A stretch of DNA of 64,000 nucleotides from an uncultured Desulfosarcina sp. (GCA_963674945.2 CAXXWQ010000003.1:1856001-1920000), one strand, 5' to 3'; shown: positions 32,002-42,182, counted from the first letter of the stretch. The notes: a model not told the origin generated them from the letters alone. A program made the numbers and translations.

Positions 32002-32583
32002 ATGAAAAGTGTCAGAAGAGAAATTTCTTTGGCATCGGTGTTTGTCTTTCTTTTTGTCTCCATCGTTTCGGCCGGCTACCAGTATACGGCCAACAAGGAT
32101 CATCTCGGGGGGGATCTGACACCTGAAGATGCCTATAAAATGATGGAGAAAGATCCGGAGCACGTTTTTCTCGTGGACTGCAGAACGCGCGCGGAATATC
32201 AATTTGTGGGTCATCCCGAGGGGTCGTACAACATTCCACTCCGGTTTCTGACAAACAACGTCGGCAAAAAGGGGTACACCGAAGAGATGAATCCCAATTT
32301 CGGCAAAGATCTGCTCGCCCGATTCAACCCGGAAACCGATACCCTCATTATCCTGTGCCGAAGCGGCAATCGGAGTTGTACAGCATGCAACGAAGCCATC
32401 AAGGCCGGCTTTGCCGAAAACAAGGTGTTTAATATGATGGGAGGATTTGAAGGGGGAAAGAACGAAAACAAGAACAGCACCTACTATGGCAAACGATGGG
32501 CCGGTGGATGGAAACTGGAAGGTCTTCCCTGGACGTATAAAATGGACCAAAAGCTGATGTATCAACCCGATATGAAGGGGTAG
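32002..32583 (+). CDS. Exported rhodanese-domain sulfurtransferase
   Basis: Sec-pathway signal peptide; LVDCRTRAEY..GHP; active loop LCRSGNRS; AGGAGG RBS just after the cytochrome stop. Confidence 0.88.
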   Translation: MKSVRREISLASVFVFLFVSIVSAGYQYTANKDHLGGDLTPEDAYKMMEKDPEHVFLVDCRTRAEYQFVGHPEGSYNIPLRFLTNNVGKKGYTEEMNPNFGKDLLARFNPETDTLIILCRSGNRSCTACNEAIKAGFAENKVFNMMGGFEGGKNENKNSTYYGKRWAGGWKLEGLPWTYKMDQKLMYQPDMKG

Positions 32584-32708
32584 GCAGCGTCAGGTATCAT
32601 CGATGTAACCCAAAGAGAGAAAAGATTCACTGTCCGGCACCGGATGCCATCACGCCATATCCTGTCGGGCATGAAGACGGAAAGCTGGTCGTGACCATCA
32701 CCGAGTAA
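32583..32708 (+). pseudogene. Possible remnant of a Rieske-type [2Fe-2S] protein C-terminus
   Basis: Frame reads ..NPKREKIHCP-APDAITPYPVGHEDGKLVVTITE*; no start codon. Confidence 0.3.
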
Positions 32709-32729
32709 CCATTTGTCCATGGTACCAGC

Positions 32730-32768
32730 AAAAAATGAAGCCGGGTCGACACTGGTCGGCCCGGCTTT
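32730..32768. terminator. Terminator hairpin between convergent operons
   Basis: AAGCCGGGTCGAC-loop-GTCGGCCCGGCTT with upstream A-run. Confidence 0.6.
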
Positions 32769-32951
32769 CGCAAGGAGGGGGGATGAAAACGAAGGGTTCC
32801 CTGGTCCCATGGACGGTCAGCGGAATCCCCGTCGTTTCGTTATACCTTACCCGAGTATCCTTACGCCAACATTACATCAACATTACCGATTGGTAACCTT
32901 TGCGTGCTCACATCGGTCCCACGGCTGCCGAAAGGAGCAACGCCAATGAAC

Positions 32952-33722
32952 TCATAAAAAACCGAACAATCGCCCGGCATTGTCCGTCACCGCAGCCGTC
33001 ACCTCCTCTACGGAGATCCCTTTGATTTCGGCAATGGCACGAATGGAAAAAGTGAGGTTGGCGGGTTGGTTCCGCTCGTTGGGAACCGGTCCCAATACGG
33101 GGCTGTCCGTTTCCGCCAGCAGACAGGAGAGTGGCAGTTGTTTGACCAATTTTTGTTTCTGCCGCGATCGTATCGCGGATGGTGGAATGGAGAAGAAGTA
33201 ACCCGCTTCCACAGCCGGCTGTGCCGCCCCTGATTTTCCGTCGAAGGCATGCATCTGGACCCGCCTGGCATTGTTTGCCAGCAGCAGGTCGATGGCGTGT
33301 CTACCGGCGGACCGGGAATGAACATTGAGCGGAAGATCCAACTCTTCGGACAATTGGATAAACCGCTCGAAAATCTCTTTTTGCAACTCCTTCTTCGCAG
33401 TCTCTTTCACTACCCAGAAGTCGAGGCCCACCTCGCCGATGGCGACCAGTCTCCGGTGGTGCCGGTGGATGAAGGCGATCATCTCCTCGGCCATGTCCAG
33501 ATCCACAATGGCCGGATAGAGTCCCGCGGCAGGCCGGATCATGGGATAGATTTCGGCCAGGGAGAGATTCTTTCGGGCATCGGCAAGATTTTCGCCAACG
33601 GCGATGAGAGCCCCCACCCCCGCCTTCCCTGCACGGTCAATCACTTCGTCCCGGTCGGAATCGAAAGTGGAATCACAGATGTGAACATGGGTGTCCACCA
33701 GCACTGCCGTGTCACTATGCAT
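32952..33722 (-). CDS. tatD: TatD-family metallo-hydrolase/DNase
   Basis: DTHVH, IGEVGLD, HSR, ETDSP; start uncertain. Confidence 0.88.
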   Translation of the reverse strand: MHSDTAVLVDTHVHICDSTFDSDRDEVIDRAGKAGVGALIAVGENLADARKNLSLAEIYPMIRPAAGLYPAIVDLDMAEEMIAFIHRHHRRLVAIGEVGLDFWVVKETAKKELQKEIFERFIQLSEELDLPLNVHSRSAGRHAIDLLLANNARRVQMHAFDGKSGAAQPAVEAGYFFSIPPSAIRSRQKQKLVKQLPLSCLLAETDSPVLGPVPNERNQPANLTFSIRAIAEIKGISVEEVTAAVTDNAGRLFGFL

Positions 33723-33782
33723 TTTCCATGTCACCATTTTTTTGTGCCCATTGTTTACATCCGATGGCGCCATCGTATACGA

Positions 33783-34553
33783 TTAAAACAAGCACTTGAA
33801 CCTCTCATTGAATTGATCCAGAAGAGATAGCAGATCTGCCGGCAATTTTTCCCGGACCTGCTGCACCGTCTTCGGCGGAACCACCTTATAGTAGGCTTGG
33901 GCAATACCGCCCGCAATGCATGCCATGGTGTCGGCATCGCCGCCGAAAGAAACGGCGTTCTTTATGGCGGTTTCATAATCCTTGGCATCGAGAAAGGCGA
34001 TGATAGACTGGGGAACGGATCCCTGGCAGCTGACATCGAAGGTGTACCCATCCCGAAGTTCCTCCACACAGAAGCCAAGGTCATAGGAAAACCGCCTTTC
34101 GATCTCGCTGCGAATGGTCGCCTTGTCCTCCTCTTTCCGGGCGAGGAAAACGGCGAGGGCCGTTGCTTGTGCACCCTTGATCCCCTCGGGATGGTTATGT
34201 GTGACGACGGCGGATCGCCTTGCGTGGTCCATGACCATTTCGATGGACTCGAAGGCAAATCCCACCGGCGATACCCGCATGGCGGAACCGTTTCCAAAGC
34301 TGTAGTAAGGCGTGCTGCATGGATCCCAGATCCAGTGCCAGAAAGAACCGCCGTAGGGCAGATTTGGATATCGCTGGGCAAAGATTTTAATGGCACACCC
34401 GTAATCCGTATGGGACAAAACTGCGTGGGCGACTGCGAAGGTCAAAACCGTATCATCCGTAAAATCCGCTACATCCATTGGAAATGCCATCGTCTTGATA
34501 GGTCGGCTCTCGTAGGGTGAGCCGATCATATCGCCGGCAATTGCACCGATCAT
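33783..34553 (-). CDS. ADP-ribosylglycohydrolase family protein
   Basis: GAIAGDMIG, FTDDT, GNGSAMR, GGDADT. Confidence 0.9.
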   Translation of the reverse strand: MIGAIAGDMIGSPYESRPIKTMAFPMDVADFTDDTVLTFAVAHAVLSHTDYGCAIKIFAQRYPNLPYGGSFWHWIWDPCSTPYYSFGNGSAMRVSPVGFAFESIEMVMDHARRSAVVTHNHPEGIKGAQATALAVFLARKEEDKATIRSEIERRFSYDLGFCVEELRDGYTFDVSCQGSVPQSIIAFLDAKDYETAIKNAVSFGGDADTMACIAGGIAQAYYKVVPPKTVQQVREKLPADLLSLLDQFNERFKCLF

Positions 34554-35020
34554 CTTTCCCCTCCCTTTGATCGATGAATTCGTGTTCGTCCAAAAACAGG
34601 AAAAATTGGTCGAAGTCCCAAAGAAAGAAAACCGCAATTTTTCAGGCAACGCAAAAACAGCGAAAAACAAAGGGCGAAGTCACACGGACAGGTACTTCAG
34701 CGTGGTGTTGAAAAATACGTTACAATGCGATTTGCGATGGTCATGCAATGCTAAATATAATAGGCCAAACGAATTGTAACGGCAAGTCGAATCTACGAAG
34801 GATCGGAGCCTTCGGCCGATTTCACGATCAATCCAATCGGAAATGACGGCATCACGAACTGAAAATGCCGGTTCGCAGCCAAAGGGGTATGTACTCTTTG
34901 TTTCCAAGATGATACCAATACCTCTTTGCGGCGGTTGAAATATCGGCGGGCATACCTGTACTTTCGGCGATGCCGACGATCCTGTTTGGTAAAACACCGA
35001 GGGACGAAAACCGAACCACA

Positions 35021-35725
35021 ATGAATCGTGACGACAACATCGACATCGGTGAGATCCACCGATTTTCCGACATGGCCGACGCCTGGTGGGATGAAAAAGG
35101 CGATTTCCAGGCCCTGCACGAAATCAATCCGGTACGACTGGCCTATGTGCGTGACCGATGCGGTCTGATGGGGAAAGAAGTGTTGGACGTGGGGTGCGGC
35201 GGCGGTTTGCTCTCCGAAGCCCTTGCATCGTGTGGCGGTCGCGTCACGGGCATCGACATGGCCGAGGCCTCACTGTCCGTGGCCCGTACCCACATGGCAG
35301 AAAAAGGCCTTGTTATCGATTATCAACGGATTACCGCCGAAGCACTGGCCAACGAGCAGCCGGGGCGCTACGATGTCGTCGTGTGTATGGAACTTTTGGA
35401 GCATGTGCCACGGCCCTTTTCCATCATCGATGCCTGCGCGCGTCTGGCACGGCCCGGTGGTGATCTCTTCTTTGCCACGGTCAATCGCACATGGCTATCC
35501 TGGCTGCTGGTGATCTTCGCATCGGAACGGGTTTTTGGTATCGTTCGTAAGGGAACCCACGAATACGGAAAACTGGTCAAACCCGCGGAATTAAAAAAAT
35601 GGGGCATGGATGCCGGCCTGGCATTTTGCCATTTGTCCGGGCTGCGCTATATTCCCTTCGTCGGCTACGCCGCCCTTTGTTCCAACGCCCTGATGAACTA
35701 TATGATCCATTTCGCAAAGAGATAG
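35021..35725 (+). CDS. ubiG: UbiG-like SAM-dependent O-methyltransferase
   Basis: WWDEKGDFQALHEINPVRL, LDVGCGGGLLSE, ELLEHV, GTHEY. Confidence 0.82.
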   Translation: MNRDDNIDIGEIHRFSDMADAWWDEKGDFQALHEINPVRLAYVRDRCGLMGKEVLDVGCGGGLLSEALASCGGRVTGIDMAEASLSVARTHMAEKGLVIDYQRITAEALANEQPGRYDVVVCMELLEHVPRPFSIIDACARLARPGGDLFFATVNRTWLSWLLVIFASERVFGIVRKGTHEYGKLVKPAELKKWGMDAGLAFCHLSGLRYIPFVGYAALCSNALMNYMIHFAKR

Positions 35726-35737
35726 AAAGGACAACAT

Positions 35738-36553
35738 ATGGCGCTTTGGGAAAACCCACGCTGGTTCGACGCCAACAAACGAAAAGAGCTGTTGGACGAA
35801 CACGTCCGTTCCTCCGGATCGGCCCGTTTCGGCATTCGAAAGTATGGGGAGAAGGATAAAAAGGATGCGGTTCGACGCCATTTCGAACGCGTGGCCCCCA
35901 AATACGACTTCATGAACTCTTTGCTCAGCTTCGGGATCCAACACGCCTGGAAGCGGGCCGCCATTCGCATGCTCGGTGTACGGAAAAATGACAAGGTGCT
36001 CGATGTCTGCGGTGGGACCGGAGATTTGGCGATCCTTGCGGCCCGGTGCACCGGTCCTTTGGGCCAGGTTACCATTTATGACATCAACGCGGCCATGATC
36101 CGCGCCGGCAGACACAAGATCGACACCGACCCTTCTTTCTCCCACATCGGATACGTCCAGGGTGATGCCGAACAGATCGCCTTTCCCGACGACACCTTCG
36201 ACTGCGCCATGGTCGGCTTCGGTATCCGAAATGTGACTCATCTGAAAAAAGGATTCTCCGAAATGGTCCGGGTGCTCAAGCCCGGCGGGCGGTTATTGTG
36301 CCTGGAATTCTCCCAACCCACCAATCCACTGTTTCGCGCCCTCTATGATTTTTACTCCTTCAATATCATGCCGGCGCTGGGCCAGTTGCTGGCGGGTTCC
36401 GCCGAATCCTACGCCTGTCTGCCCGAAACCATCCGAATGTTTCCCCTGCCCGAAGAATTATCGGAAATACTGACTCGCATCGGCTTGCGCAACGTTCGAT
36501 GGACCACCATGACCAACGGCATCTGTGCGGCCCATGTGGGGATCAAAGGGTAA
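35738..36553 (+). CDS. ubiE: Quinone biosynthesis C-methyltransferase UbiE/MenG
   Basis: YDFMNSLLSFG, LDVCGGTGD, FGIRNV, LEFSQP. Confidence 0.88.
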   Translation: MALWENPRWFDANKRKELLDEHVRSSGSARFGIRKYGEKDKKDAVRRHFERVAPKYDFMNSLLSFGIQHAWKRAAIRMLGVRKNDKVLDVCGGTGDLAILAARCTGPLGQVTIYDINAAMIRAGRHKIDTDPSFSHIGYVQGDAEQIAFPDDTFDCAMVGFGIRNVTHLKKGFSEMVRVLKPGGRLLCLEFSQPTNPLFRALYDFYSFNIMPALGQLLAGSAESYACLPETIRMFPLPEELSEILTRIGLRNVRWTTMTNGICAAHVGIKG

Positions 36554-36997
36554 TGCGTCGGTTCTGTGTTCATGTGAAACAGCGTTGATTCAATGGTTTG
36601 ACGGCCTTTACGAAGCTTTGCCCGAAGGAAATTTTCGGCAGATGACCTCACGGTCATCTATCCCACGATTGACAGGATCCTTCGTCACAAGGTATTCATA
36701 CGGTACGGGTAATCCCAAATTCACCGATGCAAGGATTATTTGTGACACGACGATAGGCTGAATGCACCGAAACCATCGTTGCCGAGATCTCCAGTGAAAC
36801 CCCTTTCTGTCAGAGATTGCTGATATTGACATCCCGTTCTGGCGAAACCTTCCCGAACCCCGGTGCAACATACCAATACCAGTTCCGTGATTGGAGTGGC
36901 GTCATGATGCGCTGGTATCGGGTTTCACCAGGTAAGGCCTTGGCATTCATAAACATTCGTTTATGCAAATCGCATTCATTTACCGACCTGTTAAATC

Positions 36998-39727
36998 ATG
37001 GCACGAGAGACTCCCGAAAAAAATACGAAAGCAAGTCAAGGCATACCTTCGGATATGGCATTTTTGATCCATCCATCGGCGAGTAAAATGCTGTTGGAAA
37101 ACAGAAATTTTCTTGTCGACCTGATTGAAAACAGCGGAACGCTCATCGTCATAAAAGATCGTGAGGGCAGATACCTTCTGGTCAATCGCAAGTGGGAGGA
37201 GGTCACAGGATTCAAACGCGAATTCGCATTGGGCAAAACCGATGCGATGTTGTTTCCACCCGAGACAGTCCGAAGATTTCGGGAAAATGATCTGTATGTC
37301 ATCGAAACCGGTTCCTTCATCGAGAGGGAAGAGCGCTTGGAAACACCGTCGGGAACACGGTATTTTATTTCCAGTAAGTTCCCTTTGTTCGATAAAGACA
37401 ATACGGTAACAGGTATTTACGGCGTCATTACCGAAATCACCGAACGCAAACGAGTGGAAAAAGAGCTCCAACGGAGCCAAAAAAAATACCATTCACTGTT
37501 TAACAGAGCACAGGCTTCGCTCTTCAGGACAAGCATCGATGGCAAACTGTTGGAGGTCAGCCAACGATATGCGGAAAAGGCCGGCTACGCAAGTGTCGAA
37601 CAATGCATGGCGGAGTTCGTTCCCGGCAAATCCTGGGCGGATCAGAGCGAAAGACAAGAACTGGTGCGCATCCTGCGGGAAAAAGGGTCGGTAAGCGATT
37701 ACGAAGCGGAAATCATCCGTAGGGATGGAAAACGTATCTGGATCTTGTTCTCGGCAACGCTCTACCCGGAGCAAGGGTATATTGAAGGATCCATCGTTGA
37801 AATCACCGACCGGAAACAGGCAGAGATGGCGTTACGGAAAAGTGAAGCCTTTCAGCGCAAAATGGTCGCCAATATCGGCGATGTCATCGTCATCATCGAT
37901 CAATACGGCCGCAACCGATTCAAGAGCCCAAATGTTGAAAAAATGTTTGGCTGGAAACCGGCGGATCTCGTGGGTGCCAGTGTTTGGGACAACGTGCATC
38001 CTGAGGATTTGGCGTCTGCAAAAAAACTCTTTGATTCGCTGTTGCGCGAGCCCGACAACGTCGGAACGATCGAATTGCGATACAAATGCAAGGACGGCAC
38101 CTATAAATGGATCGAGTTCACGGGAAGCAACCTTCTGAATGATCCGGATATCCAGGGCATTTTGGGCAACTACCATGACATCATGGAGCGCAAGAGAGCC
38201 GAACAGGCGTTGCGAGACAGCGAGGCACGGTTCAAGGCACTTCACAATGCCTCCTTTGGCGGTATCGTGATTCACGACAAAGGAATCATTTTGGAATGCA
38301 ACCAGGGTATATCTGATATTACAGGCTATTCCGTGGACGAATTGGTGGGGATGGATGGACTGCTGCTCATTGCCGAAAAATCGAGAGAGACGGTGATGAA
38401 GAATATTTTATCCGGATACGAGAAACCCTATGAAGCGGTGGGATTGCGCAAGGACGGCACAGAATTTCCCATTCGTCTGGAGGCCCGAAACATACCTTAC
38501 AAGGGAAAATTGGCAAGGACGACTGAATTCAGGGATATTTCCGAAAACAAGCGTGCCGAGGTAGAACGAAAGAGACTCCAGGATCAGTTGGCCCAGGCCC
38601 AGAAGATGGAATCCGTGGGACGGCTGGCGGGCGGGGTGGCCCACGATTATAACAACATGCTGAGCGTGATTCTCGGCTACACGGAACTGGCGTTGGACAA
38701 GGTTCCATCCACGGAGCCACTGCACTCCGACCTTCAAGAAATTTATACGGCCGCGAAACGATCTTCTGAAATCACACAGCAGTTACTGGCCTTTGCCCGC
38801 AAGCAGGCCGTTTCCCCAAAAGCACTCGATATCAACGCCGTTATTGAAAGGATTCTCAATATGTTGCGCCGCCTCATCGGCGAGGACATCGACGTCGTCT
38901 GGCAACCTGGAAGACGACTGTCGCCTGTAAAAATCGATCCATCACAGCTGGAACAAATTCTGGCCAATTTGTGTGTCAACGCCCGGGATGCCATTTCCGG
39001 CGTTGGAAAAATTATCATTAAAACGCAAATGGTATCCCCTGGCAAAACAAATCGGAGTGTAACTTCCCGTGATACACGCAACGATTCTGTCATGTTGTCC
39101 GTCAGCGACGATGGATGCGGCATGAAAAAGGATACGTTGGACAATATCTTCGAACCGTTTTTTACGACAAAAGAGGCCTGTCAAGGTACTGGCCTGGGGT
39201 TGGCTACGGTCTACGGAATTGTCAAGCAGAACAACGGCGTCATCGAAGTGCACAGCAAACCGGGGCATGGTACCACATTCCATATTTACCTGCCGCGATA
39301 TGTCGGTGGCATAGAGGAATTACCACCGGACGAAGCGTCTGACACACCTTTGGGAGAGGGGGAAACGGTGCTTCTCGTCGAGGACGACCCGGCGATCAGG
39401 GAGATGTGTCAGGTCATACTCGATAAGTTGCGTTATCGGGTATTGTCCGCAGATACACCAGAAAAGGCGTTGGAAATTGCCGACGAACACGGAAGTGAAA
39501 TTGATCTGCTGGTCACGGATGTCGTCATGCCCGGCATGAATGGACGGGAGTTGGCCCAAAAACTGAAGGTGTTCTATCCCGGCATAAAAACGCTTTACAT
39601 GTCCGGCTATACGGCCGATGTAATCGCGAATCGGGGCATCTTGGAAAAGGAGGTGCAGTTCATTCAAAAGCCGTTTTCCGTGAAAAATATGGGAAAAAAA
39701 GTCAAAGCGGTGCTGAAGAATGGATAA
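36998..39727 (+). CDS. Cytoplasmic multi-PAS hybrid histidine kinase
   Basis: About four PAS/PAC repeats, GGVAHDYNN H-box, GTGLGL G-box, C-terminal REC; start uncertain. Confidence 0.92.
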   Translation: MARETPEKNTKASQGIPSDMAFLIHPSASKMLLENRNFLVDLIENSGTLIVIKDREGRYLLVNRKWEEVTGFKREFALGKTDAMLFPPETVRRFRENDLYVIETGSFIEREERLETPSGTRYFISSKFPLFDKDNTVTGIYGVITEITERKRVEKELQRSQKKYHSLFNRAQASLFRTSIDGKLLEVSQRYAEKAGYASVEQCMAEFVPGKSWADQSERQELVRILREKGSVSDYEAEIIRRDGKRIWILFSATLYPEQGYIEGSIVEITDRKQAEMALRKSEAFQRKMVANIGDVIVIIDQYGRNRFKSPNVEKMFGWKPADLVGASVWDNVHPEDLASAKKLFDSLLREPDNVGTIELRYKCKDGTYKWIEFTGSNLLNDPDIQGILGNYHDIMERKRAEQALRDSEARFKALHNASFGGIVIHDKGIILECNQGISDITGYSVDELVGMDGLLLIAEKSRETVMKNILSGYEKPYEAVGLRKDGTEFPIRLEARNIPYKGKLARTTEFRDISENKRAEVERKRLQDQLAQAQKMESVGRLAGGVAHDYNNMLSVILGYTELALDKVPSTEPLHSDLQEIYTAAKRSSEITQQLLAFARKQAVSPKALDINAVIERILNMLRRLIGEDIDVVWQPGRRLSPVKIDPSQLEQILANLCVNARDAISGVGKIIIKTQMVSPGKTNRSVTSRDTRNDSVMLSVSDDGCGMKKDTLDNIFEPFFTTKEACQGTGLGLATVYGIVKQNNGVIEVHSKPGHGTTFHIYLPRYVGGIEELPPDEASDTPLGEGETVLLVEDDPAIREMCQVILDKLRYRVLSADTPEKALEIADEHGSEIDLLVTDVVMPGMNGRELAQKLKVFYPGIKTLYMSGYTADVIANRGILEKEVQFIQKPFSVKNMGKKVKAVLKNG

Positions 39728-39731
39728 AACC

Positions 39732-40819
39732 GGGACGTTGTTTACTAATCACACTAACTTTTTCTTCGCAATATCTGAGCGACGCCGGATGTGGTCAATC
39801 CCAGCTGACGGCCCGTCTCTGCCAACGAAAGTCCCAGTTCATTGACCAACTTGAGGGCCAATTGCCGGCGGACCGCGGATACCGCCCGCCGCCGGCTACC
39901 GCTTAGTAGCGCAGCAACGGTAACATTGCGTTCGGCGCAGCACAGTTGAATCTCGTTTTGCACTGCTTTTATAAAATCATCTCCCGTTATGTTGCCCCTG
40001 ACGTTTCGTTCCGTCTCATCCACCACTTTCTGCACGAATTCACCGGAACCCAAGATACGCGCATCCCCCTTTTCGGAAAATCCTTTTTTTCCCGGGGACG
40101 TTGCAATCGACGAACCACCCACGGAACGGATGAGACCGCCACCGGTCAGTTCCGGTCTTCTGTCCTGACCGATTCCGTTTTCCACAAACGCACGATAAAC
40201 CGTTCTCGCCAGAGCGACTCTTTTTCCGAACCGTTTCAGCACATCATCGCGATGATGCCATAAATGGTCGTATGTTCCCATTACAACGGCATGACCGCAC
40301 CACGGATAATGATCCAACTTGGCCAACGTATCCACGATACCGGCGCGCAGTGGATTGAGATGAATGTATCGCACCAATTCCAAAAAATAGGGTTCTTCTT
40401 CGCAGATAATGGATTTGTAGCGATTCTGGAATAAATGGCCCTGACGATGATGCCGTCGATTGTAGGAAATGGCATGGCCGGTAAGCAGTCGCCGCATGAA
40501 GGTGGAAACGCCGCCTGCACCGCTGCGAAGGAGCAAATGCGCATGGTTGCGCATCAACGCCCAGGCGTATATCGCCGTTTTCGTCTCGAGGGCGATTTTT
40601 CCAAGACGATTGATAAAATTTTCACGGTCCAGGTAGTCATCGACGATATTTCTTCCCTCGATTCCACGGATAATAACGTGGTGTAACGCACCTGGAGCAT
40701 CTAATCTGGCGCCGCGCGGCATGGCAACGTTCCCGGTTTTCCTGTTGTCCCGACACACTACCCCGTAAGCGATTTCTGACAAGTATATCAATTTTTGTTT
40801 ATTTTGTAAACAACGTCCC
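39732..40819 (-). mobile_element. RAYT/Y1 HUH transposase unit bounded by 14-bp perfect inverted repeats
   Basis: GGGACGTTGTTTAC at 39732-39745 and GTAAACAACGTCCC at 40806-40819 enclose only the transposase gene. Confidence 0.7.
39754..40722 (-). CDS. REP-associated-type tyrosine (HUH, Y1) transposase with C-terminal HTH
   Basis: MPRGARLDAPGALHHVIIRG, NHAHL (HUH), GHLFQNRYKS, YIHLNP, WCGH. Confidence 0.9.
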   Translation of the reverse strand: MPRGARLDAPGALHHVIIRGIEGRNIVDDYLDRENFINRLGKIALETKTAIYAWALMRNHAHLLLRSGAGGVSTFMRRLLTGHAISYNRRHHRQGHLFQNRYKSIICEEEPYFLELVRYIHLNPLRAGIVDTLAKLDHYPWCGHAVVMGTYDHLWHHRDDVLKRFGKRVALARTVYRAFVENGIGQDRRPELTGGGLIRSVGGSSIATSPGKKGFSEKGDARILGSGEFVQKVVDETERNVRGNITGDDFIKAVQNEIQLCCAERNVTVAALLSGSRRRAVSAVRRQLALKLVNELGLSLAETGRQLGLTTSGVAQILRRKS

Positions 40820-40846
40820 TAAAAATTTCCCGGAACCTTTGATATC

Positions 40847-41170
40847 TTGGAGAAAGTTGTAGCGTTTTCGTGGAAACATGAACATTTGGAAATTGATGAA
40901 TGGTTAACGGTATGTTTCGCTCTCACGTTTGCTTTACTGCTTTTTTGGATACGGCGCTGGAAAAACCTGAAGAGAGCGTATTCGGAAATAAAGCAGCTGA
41001 GAGGAATCATCCCCATTTGTTCGTCATGCAAAAAAATCAGAGACGATCAGGGATATTGGCACCAGGTGGAAGAATATATCAGTAATCATTCCGATGCGTT
41101 GTTCAGCCATGGTATCTGTCCGGAATGCGCAAAGAAATTGTATCCGGATTTCATTAAGGAACAGGGATGA
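40847..41170 (+). CDS. Small membrane protein with Cys/His metal-binding C-terminal domain; probably 5'-truncated
   Basis: IPICSSCKKIRDD.GYW...FSHGICPEC; one TM helix; frame is open back to the transposase IR. Confidence 0.65.
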   Translation: MEKVVAFSWKHEHLEIDEWLTVCFALTFALLLFWIRRWKNLKRAYSEIKQLRGIIPICSSCKKIRDDQGYWHQVEEYISNHSDALFSHGICPECAKKLYPDFIKEQG

Positions 41171-41243
41171 GATCCAACGATTCAGCGAAAGCACATCAAA
41201 AAGTGGTCATTTCGCCCGACATCGGCGTTGCACGAACAATCGT

Positions 41244-42182
41244 CTAAAAAAGAAGAAGCCGGAACAAGACCACACCCAGCACACTCAAGGGAAAATGGCT
41301 GGCCTTGTTGAAAAGATCCATTGCGTGCTGGCGGCTGTTACTTTCCACCAGGTGTAGCACCGGAACGAGGATCAATCCAAGTCCCAGACCCGCTATAGCC
41401 AAAAGATGAAAAAACCCGAATGTGAGGGGCGAACGAAACAACACCAAAAATGTCAGCACATAGGCAATCACAAGGCAGAGGAGGCTGAGGAGCCCTGCGC
41501 GGGCAAGGCCCAATCGAACGGGAACGGTGCGGGCCGCAAAACGCCGATCCTCCTCGAAATCGGTCCAGTCATTGGGAATATTCTGCCCCCCGATCTCCCA
41601 GAAAAAAATCCATAGAAACAAAAGCCCCAGAAACAAGAAAGACGGATTCGTATCCACGGCGAACACGGCGGCCACAGCGCCCAATGTCTTGACGATGCCA
41701 TTGATCAGCACGCGCAGTGGCGTTACCCTGAGCAACAGGCAATAGACTGCCTCAAGCAAACCGCCGGTCAAAAAAATGAACAGGCAGACCGGGTTGAGCA
41801 TCCAGGCGCCGACCATGGTCACCAGTGCCCACCCTCCGGTCCATAACAGCGCCTCGGAAAGCGTCAACACGCCCCTGGCCAGCGGGTGGCGCACCAGAAC
41901 GCTGTCCAAATCCGGCAGTTCATTGCCGCCATCAAAGGCTCCGGTGCGAATCTTCTCTTTGTCCACCCGAAAGTCCACCAGATCGTTCAGGGCGTATACG
42001 GTTGTGTATCCGGCAAAGACGGTAATCAATCCGAGCAACAGTGTCGGCAGCGGTGGAAAATGCCCCAGGCAAAGCAGGGCGGCAAGGGCCGGTGTTGCCA
42101 TGTCGATGATCCCATGGGGGGTACGGGACAGGGCGAAAAAATATTTCAATCGCGGATTCGTCAGGATATGTTCTGAAATCAT
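41244..42182 (-). CDS. UbiA-family prenyltransferase
   Basis: NDLVDFRVD and NDWTDFEED aspartate motifs, RHPLARG, multiple TM helices. Confidence 0.88.
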   Translation of the reverse strand: MISEHILTNPRLKYFFALSRTPHGIIDMATPALAALLCLGHFPPLPTLLLGLITVFAGYTTVYALNDLVDFRVDKEKIRTGAFDGGNELPDLDSVLVRHPLARGVLTLSEALLWTGGWALVTMVGAWMLNPVCLFIFLTGGLLEAVYCLLLRVTPLRVLINGIVKTLGAVAAVFAVDTNPSFLFLGLLFLWIFFWEIGGQNIPNDWTDFEEDRRFAARTVPVRLGLARAGLLSLLCLVIAYVLTFLVLFRSPLTFGFFHLLAIAGLGLGLILVPVLHLVESNSRQHAMDLFNKASHFPLSVLGVVLFRLLLF

